From positions 35,774,001 to 35,838,000 of the forward strand of contig OX597832.1 in NCBI GenBank assembly GCA_951406725.2: a DNA stretch of 64,000 nt, given 5' to 3'. The translations under genes were made by a program, and so were the position numbers. How positions within the stretch are numbered: position 1 is the first letter of the stretch; each line of letters begins with the position of its first letter. This DNA comes from Octopus vulgaris. Taxonomy: Eukaryota. Shown piece by piece: positions 1 to 14,199 of the stretch. The notes below the pieces were generated by a model. That model was not told the origin of the DNA, made no database searches, and worked only from the letters and a program-made list of their open reading frames with translations.

Positions 1-2210
1 TGGTGTTTTTAGCAATAAATACAATTATTTTGTGTTTAGTTCATGCAAGAATAGATCCACATTTTTGTCTCCATACAGCAGCAATGAGTAATGGTTCTCT
101 TACCTGAATTTTGTACAATAGAGAACACAGCTTTCAAATCTGTTGCAAGTATTTTTTACTATTTATTTTTCAGATGTTATTTTATCTTCAAAATAGAATT
201 GCTTAACAGATAAATGAGGCAGTTCTAAGAAATTCCAATAGCAAATATCTTTGCTGATGCCATAATTTTACAATACAGTGATCACCGTTTCCACACAAGT
301 TGTATCAAATCCTAAATTTCTCATCATTCATATTTTCTGTTCTGCTTTCTTTTGTAATGTCTTTCTAGTTGTAATCCGCCCCCACATACATACATACATG
401 CACACACACACACACATACATACATAGTCAAATCGAAAGAATGACCATTAAATATAGCAATAATAACAAGCAACAAGCGGACATGCACATGGAGGATGTA
501 TTAGTTTGACACTCGATAAGAAGAGAGAGTTTTTGAAGTGCAAAGAATGGAAAAAAATCACCAACAGGATGTGTGTAGTTACATATATATATATATGTAT
601 GTATAAATGCTGCACTCCCATACAACACACACATTGTCCATCGAGCTAACCAAAGAGTAACCCTCTTCAAAGCTGTTCAAACTACTAGTAAAAGCAACCA
701 GATCTCTCAAGAACACACTGAAAAATGGAATCCTAGATGCACACTACCAGAAAACAAAATGATGGAAAGGCCATGGTTGGGATGCATTTGATCATAGCCC
801 TGCTAGATGAGGGTTTATCTGGGGCTAAATGACAATAACAACAACTAAACTCTCTTTGACAGTACAAAGACACAATCATTATACAGCATAGCACAGCATC
901 AGTTCACAATATACACCAACAGCCGCTCTATACATCCAAAACCTAAACCTGCAGCTATTTTATACATACATCTTCTACTATGTCTATATTATTTACATGT
1001 TTTTGTTCCGTTTCACAGCAATAATATCTACATTTCTCACAGCAACCAACACATTTTTCTGCCCTCTTGTAATCCCAAACCCTTCCCTAAAAACTTTTCA
1101 CAACCCTTCCCCCTAAAAATGCATTCCACTGGCAATCCTCTCCCCACCAACTATATTTTCTTTAAAATCACCTACTGAAGATCAAGTTAAAGATTAATTA
1201 CCTCAATCCCACCTGAGTGAATATGTGAGGGCCTGAAAATATGGGAAGTTTTGCTCCTCACTCAAGACCTACAAAATAAAAACTAAAAAACAAAACAAAA
1301 ATCCTTTAATATTGTCAGAGAACAGCAGTGCATAATAAATGTCTGTCATGTTTGGCAATCTCTTTCAGAACCAGAAGTATCAGCATCATGCATGGATAAA
1401 AAGTAGAAAATATATTTCATAAAACAGCAAACATAAAAATCCAATTTTCTAGATAAGTTCTTTCTATTATGAAAGTATTAATAATTTTTATACTTCCCAA
1501 CTTGTTCTCTACATGTTATATCGTACAAATTGATCTTATGTATATATTGGCCAATTTTAAGGAATTATGAGCCTATTAGTGATGTTTGGAATGTTACATA
1601 TAAGAAGGAGAAGGAGAATGTTAAATATGATGGCATCGATGTTAAGATAAGAAATATTTAAATTACAGATTTTGTGATGCAAAGTTACTGATGCAGTACA
1701 AACATGTAATAGAAATGTAGTGTTGTGTAACATTTACAAAGTGAACTCATATATTCTCTTCTGGTAAATGTAGATTAGTGACAACAACACAACCTCTTAT
1801 ATGATATTGAATAAAAAGATAAAAGCTAAAGTTTAAAAATGATTTTACATATTACAAACTAAACAGGCTTTTTTTTAATGATATTAAATGGTAATTAAAT
1901 TTTGTTTTTTATTTCATTTTATGAAAGAATTAAAATAAAAAGGGATTAGAAACTTTAATCTGAAAGCTTATCCTACTAACATATTCCTAAAGATGAAAGT
2001 TTGAGTAAATATTTCAGTGTTATTGACTTTTAAAGCTAGAATCATATTGTGAACTTGTGTCATGGCTGTTCGTGATAGCTTCTGGTGAGTTATTTGGAAT
2101 ACTGGCAAAGCCATATTACAAATGAGAAATTCACACAGGTCCAGCAAACCTACATTCATAGAAGTAAAGTTTCTCAAGACAAAGCAGATATTTTACGGTG
2201 GCTGTGAACA

Positions 2211-2393
2211 GGCGCAGGAGTGGCTGTGTGGTAAGTAGCTTGCTTACCAACTACATGGTTCGAGGTTCAGTCCCACTGCGTGGCACCTTCAGCAAGTGTT
2301 TTCTACTATAGCCTCAGGCCGACCAAAGCCTTGTGAGTGGATTTGGTAGATGGAAACTGAAAGAAGCCCATCGTATATATGTATATGTGTATA

Positions 2394-2444
<51 letters not shown>

Positions 2445-2580
2445 TTGTGTGCCTGTGTTTGTTCCCCCAAGATCGCTTGACAACCGATGCTGGTGTGTTT
2501 ATGTCTCTGTAACTTAGCGGTTTGGCAAAAGAGACCGATAGAATAAGTACTAGGCTTACAAAGAATAAGCAAGTAAAAGA
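2211..2580 (+). mobile_element. tRNA-derived SINE, family A, with internal (TA)n/(TG)n
   Basis: Head GGCGCAGGAGTGGCTGTGTGGTAAG (A-box-like) and GGTTCAGTCCC (B-box-like); same body recurs at 40.3, 52.2 and 61.2 kb. Confidence 0.85.
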
Positions 2581-5139
2581 GTAAGAGTAAGAGTCACAAA
2601 CAGGATTGCAACCCCCAGATTAACAATGTGTGTTTTGGTGACTTGAAGGAATTCCTTTGGGCAGGAAAAATAATAGAAAACCTTCAAGAAAACAGCCACC
2701 AGTTCATGGCCATTTCCTTATTTGAAAACTGCAATAAAGATTCATAATCCTCATTAGAATAATTCTAAAGGAATAAGTTTGTTCAAAAATACGTCTTCAG
2801 ATCAATATTCAATACATCATCATTCCTGATCCTTGAGAGCTAATCAAAGAATGCTCCTTTATGTCACCAATTCAACTGTAAAATTTCAAGAATTCTTACT
2901 TTTTTTTACCTTCTGACAATGTAATATGTCAATAACTAAGTGCACAAAGCTACTGATGGGGTTTGAACACACAGACACTAGCTCCACATCTAATAGATTA
3001 ACCACTCTGCCTTGGTGGTTCACACAATATTTAAAAAAAAATTTCACCTCCTTAAAATAGGACAAAAATTCCAGATGTTAACAGGGATTGAACTCTCTAC
3101 CACACTGATTCCAGTACATTATTGATTAGAGAACTGTTGTACTTCTAAATACTGATATTAACAATGCTCCCTATTGGCTGAATGGCATTATTTCAGTTAC
3201 TCCTAATTTACTTTGAGCAATCCTAATGAGCTGGTATTGTACAGCATTAAGAACAGTCACAGAACTGCCAAGTTCTAAAGAGTTCTTGATAAATTTAATC
3301 AAACTCACTAATTAAAAGCTTCTATTCCAGAAAAAAAGCAAACCGAAACTTCTCAAGACAATTTTAAGTAATGTAAAGAGAAAACTGTTTATTTGTCGTT
3401 CATAAATAACAATGATGAAAATGAATTCTTTATATTTTTCAAACCTTTTGTTTGGAAAATATAAAGTAAAAACTGTAACATAAAACACTTGAATGGAGAG
3501 AAGAACATTAAAGGAAAATGGTATTTAATACTGGCAACGAGAAAATAATGATGAGGATAGTGAAGCAACAATTGCATTGATTTTAATGATGACATTGATG
3601 ATGATGATGATAATGAAGACAATGACGACGGTGGTGATGATGATGATGATGATATGATAAAAGTGCTAATTTCAAATATGATAACGAAAAACATCTTAAC
3701 TAACAAACAAGTGGAGTAGTTAGAATAGAACAGTCACATTTGTCAGCGTAATGTGATTACACAGAGCCTCTAAACATACACTCATAGACAAACACAAAAT
3801 CACACACACACACACATACACACAGATGTACTCACAAGGTACACATTGACAACATGTTATTTTTTCAGTTGTAAACAGTTAACAGTTTCAAAGCTGCATT
3901 GAGATTCCAATGAGAAATAAGAAATTTAATTGAAGTCAGTAAATTATTTAAGTTGTCCATACCTCTTCATTTAGTTAAACCAGTAATTGTTGAATTATCT
4001 ATGAAAAAAAAGTATTTAGAACATTCTGACTTGGTTTTCCTTGATGGAACAGAGATTTGAACTCAGAGGGCTCTAAATTTAAAACAGATACCTTACAGAA
4101 GGCCATTATCCTGTCTGCCTATCACATGAAGCATATAATGGAAAAAAACTGGTGTTGCTAACAAGCTGAAGTACCTTTGTAACTTGAACTGATCAATGGA
4201 GGTATAAATATTTCCACCTAGAAGCGATTTTTCGATTTCTTTTAAATTGTTTCTATTCTGACATTGTACATTTGATGATGCAGGAAACTTGAAGTAATGT
4301 GGCACTAAATCAACTTGTTATTAATTAATTATAAACATATACACACACATATATTGATGAGTATGTCTGTCTGTCTATCTATCTATCTGTCTGTCTGTCT
4401 GTCAGTCTATTTATCTAGCTACACACACACGTTGCTGTAGGCATGTGAAAGCAATGTTATGAATAAATGAACTTTTCAGTCAGTCAAAATATGTTTCAGA
4501 CATATTTGACCTGAGCAAAGGTCGTGTTTGCCATAGAGAAGAATTCTTGCTTTTAGGTACTCGGTACTAAAAAACACAAACAGTCACTTCAATGTGCATT
4601 CTGATGGAAACAGTGAATGCATTTTTAGCTTCTTCATTATCCTCAATACTGTGTACAGCAAGAGAAATAACAGATGTAGTTATATAAATCTGACAACTCT
4701 ATTTATTGCAATATGTCTGGTTAACGTCTTGCTTTATTTCCATATCAAAGTTAAATTCTAAGCAGCAGAAAATGAGATCCTCTTCTAATAAACTCATTTC
4801 TCTCGAACGATACACAACTGTTAACATACATTTTTACACACATGCTACTGACACTAATGTGAAACAACAATTATAAAACAGTATGTAGGTAAGTACATGA
4901 GGAAGGGAGAGGAATGGAGAGAGAGAGGGGAGAGAGAGGGGGAGAGATTTAAAAGCCTGAAAATGTCTCTGTAGCCATTATACCTACATTGGTAAGGTTT
5001 AATATCATTCAAATTATCATATAACAATACAGATCGATAAAACAACCAATTTCTCTACTGTGGGAAACTTGCTCAGGTTTTCACCACCAAAATTTGGAAA
5101 TGAAGGTATAAAATGAATACATAAAAGCTATATTCTTAT

Positions 5140-6379
5140 CAAAGGCAGGCACCGTTAATTGAAAAGTTAACTTTGTTAACCATTAATCCGTTAACCAAAA
5201 ACCTAACTCTGATTACCGTTAATCAGTTAATTCTTTAAAAATGTAAAGGAAGTTATTGATAAACTGTTAACGTTAATTTTTATTATAGAAAAAACAACAA
5301 AATCAGTATTTTTTTCTCTAAAACCCACATAAAAACACATTTGAAAAATGTCAAAGCCATAATATCAGCCTTTATTTTTAGCCCTTTTAAGAGTTTTAGA
5401 ATCCAAAAACTAGAGTTAAAATATGATTTTATAGTTTTAACTTTTAAAAGACCTAAAAATGGCTGATTTCATCATTTTGTTCTTTTTTTTTTTAGGTTTT
5501 TAAAGGCTTTTAGAGCCAGCAAAAGGTAAAAAAAAAACCTCATGTGAAACACAATATTAGCATTAAACTAAATTGATAAAGTATCTGTAAAAAAATAAAA
5601 ATTAAAAAATGAAAAACATGAAATATACATAATTTGATTTTACCTATTCTCCTCATTCTTCATTTTGTTGCCCTTTATGAAAATTAGCATGTCAAAGTTT
5701 TCATCAAACAGGGATGATCTCTTGGCCCTCACCATGTACTTGCCCACAGAGAACAAACACTCAATTGCATCACTGGAGGGGGATGGCTGTGTTGAACTTG
5801 ATGAACAAGTCCAACGACACTTGCTCACCCAAGAAGGCAGCATCTGTCAGCAAGTCCCTGGAGTTGGTCTCCAACCAGGTCTTGACCAATTTCTGGGCCT
5901 TGTCCTTGAGTGACTTGTTGCTCCTGCTGCCCTCTTTTGGCTGAGTGACACCACTGAAGAAGTCATCCACCTCCTCTTCATTGTTGCTGCTCTCTTTGTC
6001 CCACTGCAGCCTAGGGGCCTCCTCGACCTTACCCTTCATGCTTTTCTTCACCTTGGTGACTTGTCATATCTATCCAACCAGATGAGGTGAAACCTGTGAT
6101 GGAAGGCAGCAGCCAGCTGACATTCAGCATCCTCCAGGAGGGTCCTAAACCTTTTGTCAATGCCTGCCAGAAGTGCATTGACCAAGGGGCTGCAGTAGAA
6201 GAGGCCCTTGGACTTCAAGTCCTTGAGCCTAAAGATCGTCACAGCAACTTGAGTTAATGGAAGTTAAATGTAACGGAAGTTAATTAGTTTGTTAATGATT
6301 TCCAAGTTAACTTAAAAAACGAAAATGTTAACTTCCTTCATTAATGATTAACGCATTAATGATTTAGTGCCCAGGTTTG
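5140..6379 (-). mobile_element. hAT DNA transposon, internally deleted
   Basis: 8-bp TSD ATTCTTAT at 5132-5139 and 6380-6387; imperfect terminal inverted repeats (TIRs) CAAAGGCAGGCAC / CAAACCTGGGCAC; GTTAAC-rich subterminal repeats; transposase remnant inside. Confidence 0.9.
5640..6242 (-). pseudogene. hAT transposase C-terminal part with dimerisation domain, frameshifted
   Basis: Joined ORFs read ALLAGIDKRF...LAAAFHHRF...LFIKFNTAIP/SSDAIECLFSVGKYMVRAKRSSLFDENFDMLIFIKGN, matching the hAT S-E-R-x-F-S dimerisation motif. Confidence 0.85.
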
Positions 6380-6587
6380 ATTCTTATGTACATCTGCAAC
6401 TGTACATGGCTATAAAAGTTATATTGTTATGTATGTATCTATAGCCATATATAACTATATAAAAGCTAATTCTTCATATACATCTACAAATGTAAATAAC
6501 TATATGACAAGTATATTGTTATACAGATCTACAGATGTATATACTTTTAATGAGTTAGTCACAGGAGAATGAAGAGTAGGGCCCAGC

Positions 6588-6971
6588 CAAGAGTAGATTA
6601 AGACCTATAGAGGCCCTAAGCACTTAAAAGATTTTGGTGCTCTAATATATATGTAATTCAAAATATAAACAATAATAAACCAAGAAATAAAATTTTATTT
6701 TTCTTAATGAAACAAAATTAACAGTATGATGTTTATTTTTGTATACTTCCTTCTACTTTATTTATATTTGAAAAGTTTTGTACCTTTTGTAAATGCAAAG
6801 TCTTTGATCAGAAGATCCTCACTATGACTCCATGAACACTTCAAAATTATATTTCCAATCATATAAACCACTTCAAATATTATTTTAGAAAGTTTATCCT
6901 TTCTTTGGTGCCCCACTTCCCTCGATGCCCTCAGCATCTGCTTATTTTGTGTAATGGTTAATCCAGTGCTG
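6588..6971 (-). mobile_element. short non-autonomous hAT-like element
   Basis: Degenerate TIRs CAAGAGTAGATTAA / CAGCACTGGATTAA; internal peptide EDLLIKDFAFTK resembles the C-terminus of hAT transposases; TSD only partly matched. Confidence 0.5.
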
Positions 6972-7539
6972 ATCACAGCATATAAGACTACAGATCTGGT
7001 CTAAATACTTGCAACAGAGTGGATGCCATTCACTCATTTGTTACCAAATTTCTGTTTGAATTAATTTTGAAAATAATGAAAAGTTTCGTAAAATAACCGT
7101 CATTATTAAGCTGATGCTTAGGATATAAATTAATGTTGAATTTTGATGGAAGGTTTTAATTTAGAATGGAGTGGAGTCTCAGATGACTTGATACTAAAAG
7201 GACCAGGCATCTATGTTAAACTGAGCATTAAATGATATCACTCAAGAATAGAAAGAGAACTTCCAACAAGTTTCCAAATGGTTTCTGTCAATCAATTTTC
7301 ATTCTCCATTCTTTGGACAACCAAAAACAATGGTAAAAGACTCTTTCACAAAGTACCATGCTGTAGGATCGAATTTGGATCCAATTTATTAACAAGTGAA
7401 ATTCTTCATTACACTATCGTGTCTATAAAAGCTTTAGGTTTGGCTCTTCTGGCAAAATTCAGAATATATTTGTGTCCTGAGTGTATCACTGTACTTTGTG
7501 AATGAATGCAGGAGCTGATGTCTCATTACATGGCAAAGT

Positions 7540-7830
7540 AGCTATGCAAGTATTTTGGTCCCTTCCTCAGTGATACCAAAGCTGCTCAGGGTCACCCACT
7601 GATGTAGGTAACAAAACGCCCACACAACGGCATAAAGTTTGTTGAGTTCGTCAGATGTTGCAACTCTGGGATAGATGCTTGTACCATCCTCATTGCTTGT
7701 TCTTGCTGTTGTACCACTTGCCCTCTCTCTCTTGAGCCAGATGTAATAGCTTCTTTTCTGGCAACAAATTTTGACTCTTGAATATTAAGTGAGCCCTGGT
7801 TCCAACAGATTCTTTAACACCTATCTCAAT
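7540..7830 (-). mobile_element. degenerate 3' end of a restriction-like-endonuclease (HERO-like) non-LTR element
   Basis: Minus-strand frames give EIGVKESVG and QKRSYYIWLKRE, resembling the EVGxRGF...SxWxWxKR tail of such elements. Confidence 0.3.
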
Positions 7831-8679
7831 AGAAGGCGTATTTTAAAACCCATCACTCATCCTTTTATCTATAGCAAATATTGATTTAAGATTTCAAGGA
7901 ATATTTTCTTTTAACCATTCAATTTTAATTTCATATTTATGAAAATTTACTGATCAGTTGGGTTTTTTTTTGTTTTTAATTTCAGTTACCGATTACAAGC
8001 AATAAAAATATTGGTGGTTATTTAATACATTTCTACTATTTTATAGAGAATTAGGCTGTCTTTTTCAATTCCTTTATCCTAAACGTCCTAATTACAGAGA
8101 ATGGTCTGAATTCAATTTCAAATTTTAATCAAACACTTCACAATTCAGCAACAGACCAATACAAACTTATTATTATTAGATGTTTTCTTTTGACATCTCA
8201 TTCTTTCACTCTAGTCGTCTACCATAGAACATCATAGATGATAATTTTCTACAGAACCATTAATGTTCATTTTTAATTCATTAAAGATGTCAAATGAGAT
8301 AATTTTGAAATGAAGCAGAAAATGAATATCAACTGGAAATGAAAACTTTGAAATATTCCACTGAATTTTTAAAGTTTTGTTTTGTCAAATCTAAAATCTA
8401 CTCATTTATCATTTGTTGCACGGATCTAATAATTTGGTTTATCAATGAATTTTTTGTGTCTGTGGAGACTGGATGTCTAAACCAGTATCAGCATTCTTGT
8501 GTGTGTGTATAATTAAATGGTTTATGTTTATATCAAAATCAAAACCATTTGAAAAAACTAATAGGCCTACTAAAAGCAGGTAGAATATGCATGTTTGCAC
8601 ACATGCATAATGTGATGTGTGCATCCATGCATGGCTTTGATTTATGCAAACTTGTATGGTTTTATGCATGTATACTTGC

Positions 8680-9645
8680 ATGTAATAGTCCAATGGATGG
8701 AGAACTGAGGAATTAGGGGTCCAAATGTTAGGGGCTTATGTGATCAGGAAAATGTTCAGCCATCCATTTCTGTGTTACTAGAGCCATGTGTGATAGTTCA
8801 GGGTCTTACTGAAACACATATGGCCTTCCATTGCATGTACTGTCTATCCAGAACTTAACAATTGTTTCCAGGACCTCAATGTAGATGGCAGAGTTAACTC
8901 TAAGGCCTTGTTGAAAGAAGCAAGGAGGCATCACATGTCTTTCATTGATGACAACCCCTAAAACCATGACAGTTGCAGGAAATTTTGCATGCAATAACAC
9001 TTGGAACTTCAGAAGAGTCTGCAAATAACCATCTGTCATTTCTTCTGTTAACTTTTTGATCTTGGTTGAAGTTTTTCTCTTTTGAGAAAAACCAAATCAA
9101 ATCTTCATCTGCTGGATTTTTCAGTTTGTTTAAGAACCTTTTAGATCTGATCTAGTGATTTTCTTTTGCTCTGTCTGACAAACTGACCTTTCCTCATCAT
9201 ATAAGACTTATATCTGATGTCTTCATGGACAACATTTCTGACTGTTCCTTCTTACACATGGAGATCTTTTGCAGTTGACCTCATGGACTTTCTGGGATTG
9301 TAATCAATGATCCATTGAACTTGTTGGATAAATTCAGGTGTTCTGAGGATTTCAGAGTGTTTAGAACGCTTTTTATGCTTTGATACTGGTAATATGTTTC
9401 CATCTGCAATCTCTAGCTCCTTACAAACTTTGTAGATGAAACATCAGGCAACTTTTTAAAAATCGAAATATTTCTAAATCCCTATGCTCAGCCTTTATAA
9501 CCACAATAACAGCATGACTCTTCATTTCTTGAGTAAGCTGAGGGTCTGCCATTATTATTTTCTGGAACAAAGATTATACAGAGTTTGCAAAAAATGCAGC
9601 AATGACCCCAAAAGGTATGTCCTCAAATACCTTACGCACCCTGTA
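8680..9645 (-). mobile_element. Tc1/mariner, DD37D (maT) family remnant
   Basis: KFPATVMVLGVV...YVFQ*D-(37 aa across one frameshift)-NIWTPNSSVLHPLDYY; TIR TACAGGGTGCGTAAGGTATTTGAGG at the 9645 end. Confidence 0.85.
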
Positions 9646-9659
9646 CATATAAGTGAAGA

Positions 9660-9760
9660 AATATGACTTGGTGCTTAGGGTATTCAGCTCATAATCGTAA
9701 GGTTGAGAGTTCGATTTTCAGTCATGTGCTGTGTCCTTGAGCAAGATACTTTACTTCATG
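9660..9760 (+). mobile_element. tRNA-derived SINE family B, 5' fragment
   Basis: B-box-like GAGTTCGATT followed by GTGTCCTTGAGCAAGATACTTTA, as in the copies at 21.6, 29.8 and 34.7 kb. Confidence 0.65.
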
Positions 9761-11879
9761 AAGATCCATAGACTTCTCAGCCACATAGCCATATATAGGC
9801 TTCCCATCAAACTGATATTCCTCACAAAACTATATCAGTCCTATTTTTATTATTATAAAAAATATCTAGATCTTCTTATGTCGCATTGTATAACTCACAA
9901 AATTCAGCTAATTATTATCCTTGATCACTTTTACTAACTTTGAAAGTAAAATCACAAAGCAACAATGATCCACATGCCGCAATCACTGCTTAAATGTCTA
10001 CTTTTATTGTTTATTTCTTAAGGTTGTTCCTATCTGTAATATTCGTTTATTAGAGACCATCTTAAGTTATTTCTTTAACGTACACTGCAGTTGCTTTCAT
10101 TCATTGATGAAGATGAGAAAAACCACAAGATAGTATAAAATAAAACAGAAAAAGCTTAAAATATGGAGAATAGTTGTAAGAGAAGTTTATGTGAGGGAAG
10201 GTTAGCCCCCACCTCCCATATAATTATCTGAGATGTAAGCAGATCATTTCATATTGAAAATAGTTTTGAAAGGACTGATAGAAAATTAAGATTCTGTTCT
10301 TCTGTAAGTAATAGGCTGAAAGTATAACATAGGCTGCAATAAAGTTTTCTATAGTTCTTTACAATGCTGCCAAACTCCAATAGCAGATGTCTATGTCTAT
10401 CTTAGCTAAAACAACTTTAGAGTCAATGTAGTCCCACAGCTGTCAATATACAACATTAATTTATTGATGATCAAGTTATAGACATGAATTGAATTATGAA
10501 AAATATCAAATGCTATAAGCTGTTCATGTCTAAATAAAAGACTTCCAAATACATTCTGTGAATATCTGAGTTGTGCTGAAAAGCAGGCAGCAGCCTATAA
10601 ACAATGAAATTCTATTCTACAGAAATTCACTAGAGATTCAAGTTGGATTTCCAGTAAATGGCTAAGACTCACATTTGCTCTGCTAACATGGATCTAAACA
10701 CTGTAGATATGATTAATAAATAGAATATGAACACTCCCTTATGTTATTAAAACAGTAACAACAAATGAAATATATTCTGCCATTGATAGGAAGAACAATT
10801 AATTAGTTTGGCACAAGAACAAAACAGACTTTGATGCAAGCACTTGATATTTTTGAATAATTGACATAACAGTGTAGCAGTAATCTATAATGTACCAATT
10901 TCAACTTACCACTCATACATAATTTACAATTCCATCTTTGTAATAAAGTTTTACTCACTACAATGCAGCTATATTCCAACAATTAAAGAAAATGCTACAG
11001 AGAATAAAAAATGTGTTAATGTCTAATCATTAAAGGATTTATGCTAAACCATAAATCAATGAAATAATACACTCTATAGGTACTTAGTTATCAATCACTG
11101 AAACAGATTTATAGCTAAATACTTTGCTATTATTACCAGCATCTGTTAAACTGCTCTTATTTACAATAACAAAACTAGAAACAAGTTTAGATATTTTCAT
11201 CATGAAACTATCTGAAATAACATTTGTGATTATATAAAACCATTTTCCTTAAAATATTTGATGAAAATTGTGTGTTAACTGTGATATTAAAATGTGCTTT
11301 ACTACAGAGAAGATACCAAGAAGATACTGGAGTTATTGGATGATTGAATAAAGATCAATGTGGAAAACTGAGTAAAGATCAAGAAATTAGAGTGTTAAAT
11401 AGAAAGCAAGATGTGAAACTACTAAGCAGACTTCAAGAGTTCACACTCAATCATTTACTGAAAATCTATAGGAATATAAAAAGAGAGTCTGTAAAAACTT
11501 GTGGTGGTCTGTGCTGCTGGAATTATATTGTAAAGTATGTGAGTTTGAATAAGCTTGTATGTCATGGGTGGGGTGAAAAGCAGTCTGGTGCTTTGAGGCC
11601 AACTTTTCATCTAAAGGAGAGTGAAAAGTTAATGATGCTCAAGCTGTTTTACAGCATCCATTTAATTGATAGCAAAAACTAAGTAATTGAACATCGATTT
11701 AATTAATACTAGAAGATGTAAAATTCATAGTTGCTAAGAGTTTTCAGATCTAAATATATCCATCAGGGTTTTAGGTTCAACTTTGTGAAAACTCCAGAGA
11801 ACTTGTGTCTTGGAATCAAATATTTACCAAACATAAACAACCTAAAAATTTATTGTTCACTTATATATATGTTTGCTTA

Positions 11880-12068
11880 TGCCTAAACACTGCTTAGCAC
11901 TGATATTACTGTAATTTTCATGACCTTGATGGTCTACTGGCACAAATTAGTAAATGATGTTGACTGTATTTCAGTTAAAGCCACAACTTTGATTAGGTCT
12001 GTCCAGAGTTGCACCTTTTCAATATTTCCCATTGATAATAGCTAAGAGAGAATTTTTTTCCATGGTAA
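11880..12068 (+). repeat. diverged copy of the 315-bp HHR-bearing unit found at 18.1-18.5 kb
   Basis: Colinear similarity to 18220-18385, including CCCATTGATAATAGCT, then joined to TTCCATGGTAA. Confidence 0.7.
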
Positions 12069-12070
12069 GT

Positions 12071-12101
<31 letters not shown>

Positions 12102-12878
12102 GCTATATATTCTAGGCTAAGTATTTGCTTTATAGTTATTCCAAAGCTTTTACAGGAGTCAGAAAATATGATTTGTTGTTTTGGTAATCGAAAAAATACT
12201 TGTTTTTATTTCATAAAGTTATGTGATGCTACCTTAGTACATCTTTGTAAAATAACAAATTACATTGACATCTACTTCAAAATAAGTATTATGGCTTAAT
12301 GCAATTAACAGTTGCAGAAAAAATGTATATAACCTGAACAAGAATGCATTTATATTGAATTAAGTCTTCTTTAACTGGAAAGGCAGAGATATTTATAAAC
12401 CAGAACTAAAATTCTAACATTGCAGTTCATTGTTATTTTTTCTTTCTTCTTTTGTATTCTTCAAACAATTCTTGATACAAAGAATAATCCAGGTTTAGTA
12501 AGATGAGCATTGGATGAGATTTTGTGGTTAATCCAAGAAGATGCAATTGTATGGGTGAAGATGCAGATAAGCTATTTTATTATGACTGCTACGAGTCAGG
12601 ATAAACAGGTAATACAAAATCAAAGTTTTTTTTGTCTCTATAAAACTTAATAGAGATTGCTGAGGTATGTGATGTAGAATAGGTAACAGAGGCAGAGCAG
12701 GGATGTGTGAGAGGTGTTTAGAGGGTGGGGAATGTGGTGTAGAAGAGGTACAGCAGGAGGTTGTGAGGTGTTTAGAGAGAGAGAGAGAGAGAGAGAGAGA
12801 ACAAGTAGTTTTGGAGATTTTCAAAATAATAAGAATGTAATGCAGGATCGCTTTATGAGTAATGTGTATTTATTAATG

Positions 12879-13002
<124 letters not shown>

Positions 13003-14199
13003 ATACTCTGTTGTTGTTTCCCAAACTCCGCTATTATGACTGAAGAAATTCCAATCACAGCCATCCTGTCTTTTCCTTGAAAATGGTATATCTGAGAGTG
13101 CCTAACCTAGTGTGTCCCTCTCTTTTGATGACAGCAGGATGCCATTCAAGAGAAATTCATCTTCTGTTAAGTCTGGCAAGTAGAGCAATGATGTAGAGGC
13201 TCTCTTGTGTTCAGAGAGTGTTATATATTATTGTTTTATCACAATAAATTAAACGACTCTACCTGACACAGCCAAACTCTTGTCCTGTAGAATAGTCTTG
13301 CATTAGAGCCAAAAGCCATGACAGAAAACTCCACAAGAAACCAGGCCAAGTGGCAGCATTGAGAATGTTTTCTAAGAACCTCTGGTCTTTTTCAGTGTAA
13401 TGAATCTGGGTCCAACTTATGGATCCCTGCTTGGTCCATCACTGAAATCCCTTTTATCCACCATCATCTATTCACATTTGCTTTTCCATTTTGCCATATT
13501 TGGAGTTATAAATGTTATAAATGGGTGGAAAATCCCTTCTCCCTCATTCCATTTTGCCATATTTGTGGCAAGAAGTTCTTTCTATCACCAACAACTTTAC
13601 AGAAAGTGTTGGGTATATTTTATTGTGGCACCCACAGTAGAGTGGTTTTCTTGACTTCTGCAAAATTTAAGAGTTTTGTTGATTCATTAACCAGTGCTAG
13701 AGATGTTAACTTGTTCTTTACAAGATGTCTCTTCTTTACATTGTCTCCATTTCTTTGTGCCTGGACATGTCGAAGAAATATTTCTACCATGTCACCAGTT
13801 CAGTCATGCATTGCCTTTTCTGTCCCGTAAGTATCATGGTGATGGAGAGTAAGTGATCGGTCACAAATACCAAGATGAAAGGAAGGGGAAAAAAAAAGAT
13901 ATTATCTACTGAAATCAGCTCTTACATGTATATTGTTGCTGTTGCTGATACTGTCCATTACAATAAGGCAACAAAAAAGAAAAAAACCCAAAATCTATAT
14001 TTTGCAAAGTGTAAAACATGCAATATAAATAATGTAACAAGATTAGAATAATATCTGAATATGAATCTAAAAATAACAAGTACTAAAAACTGATACAGAA
14101 GTTGTGTAAATGACAACAAAATGGTGGAAGAGAGGAGACAAGACAGAGATTTAAAATCACTATTCAATGTACTGAAATGATGGCAGATCTTATTCAGCA

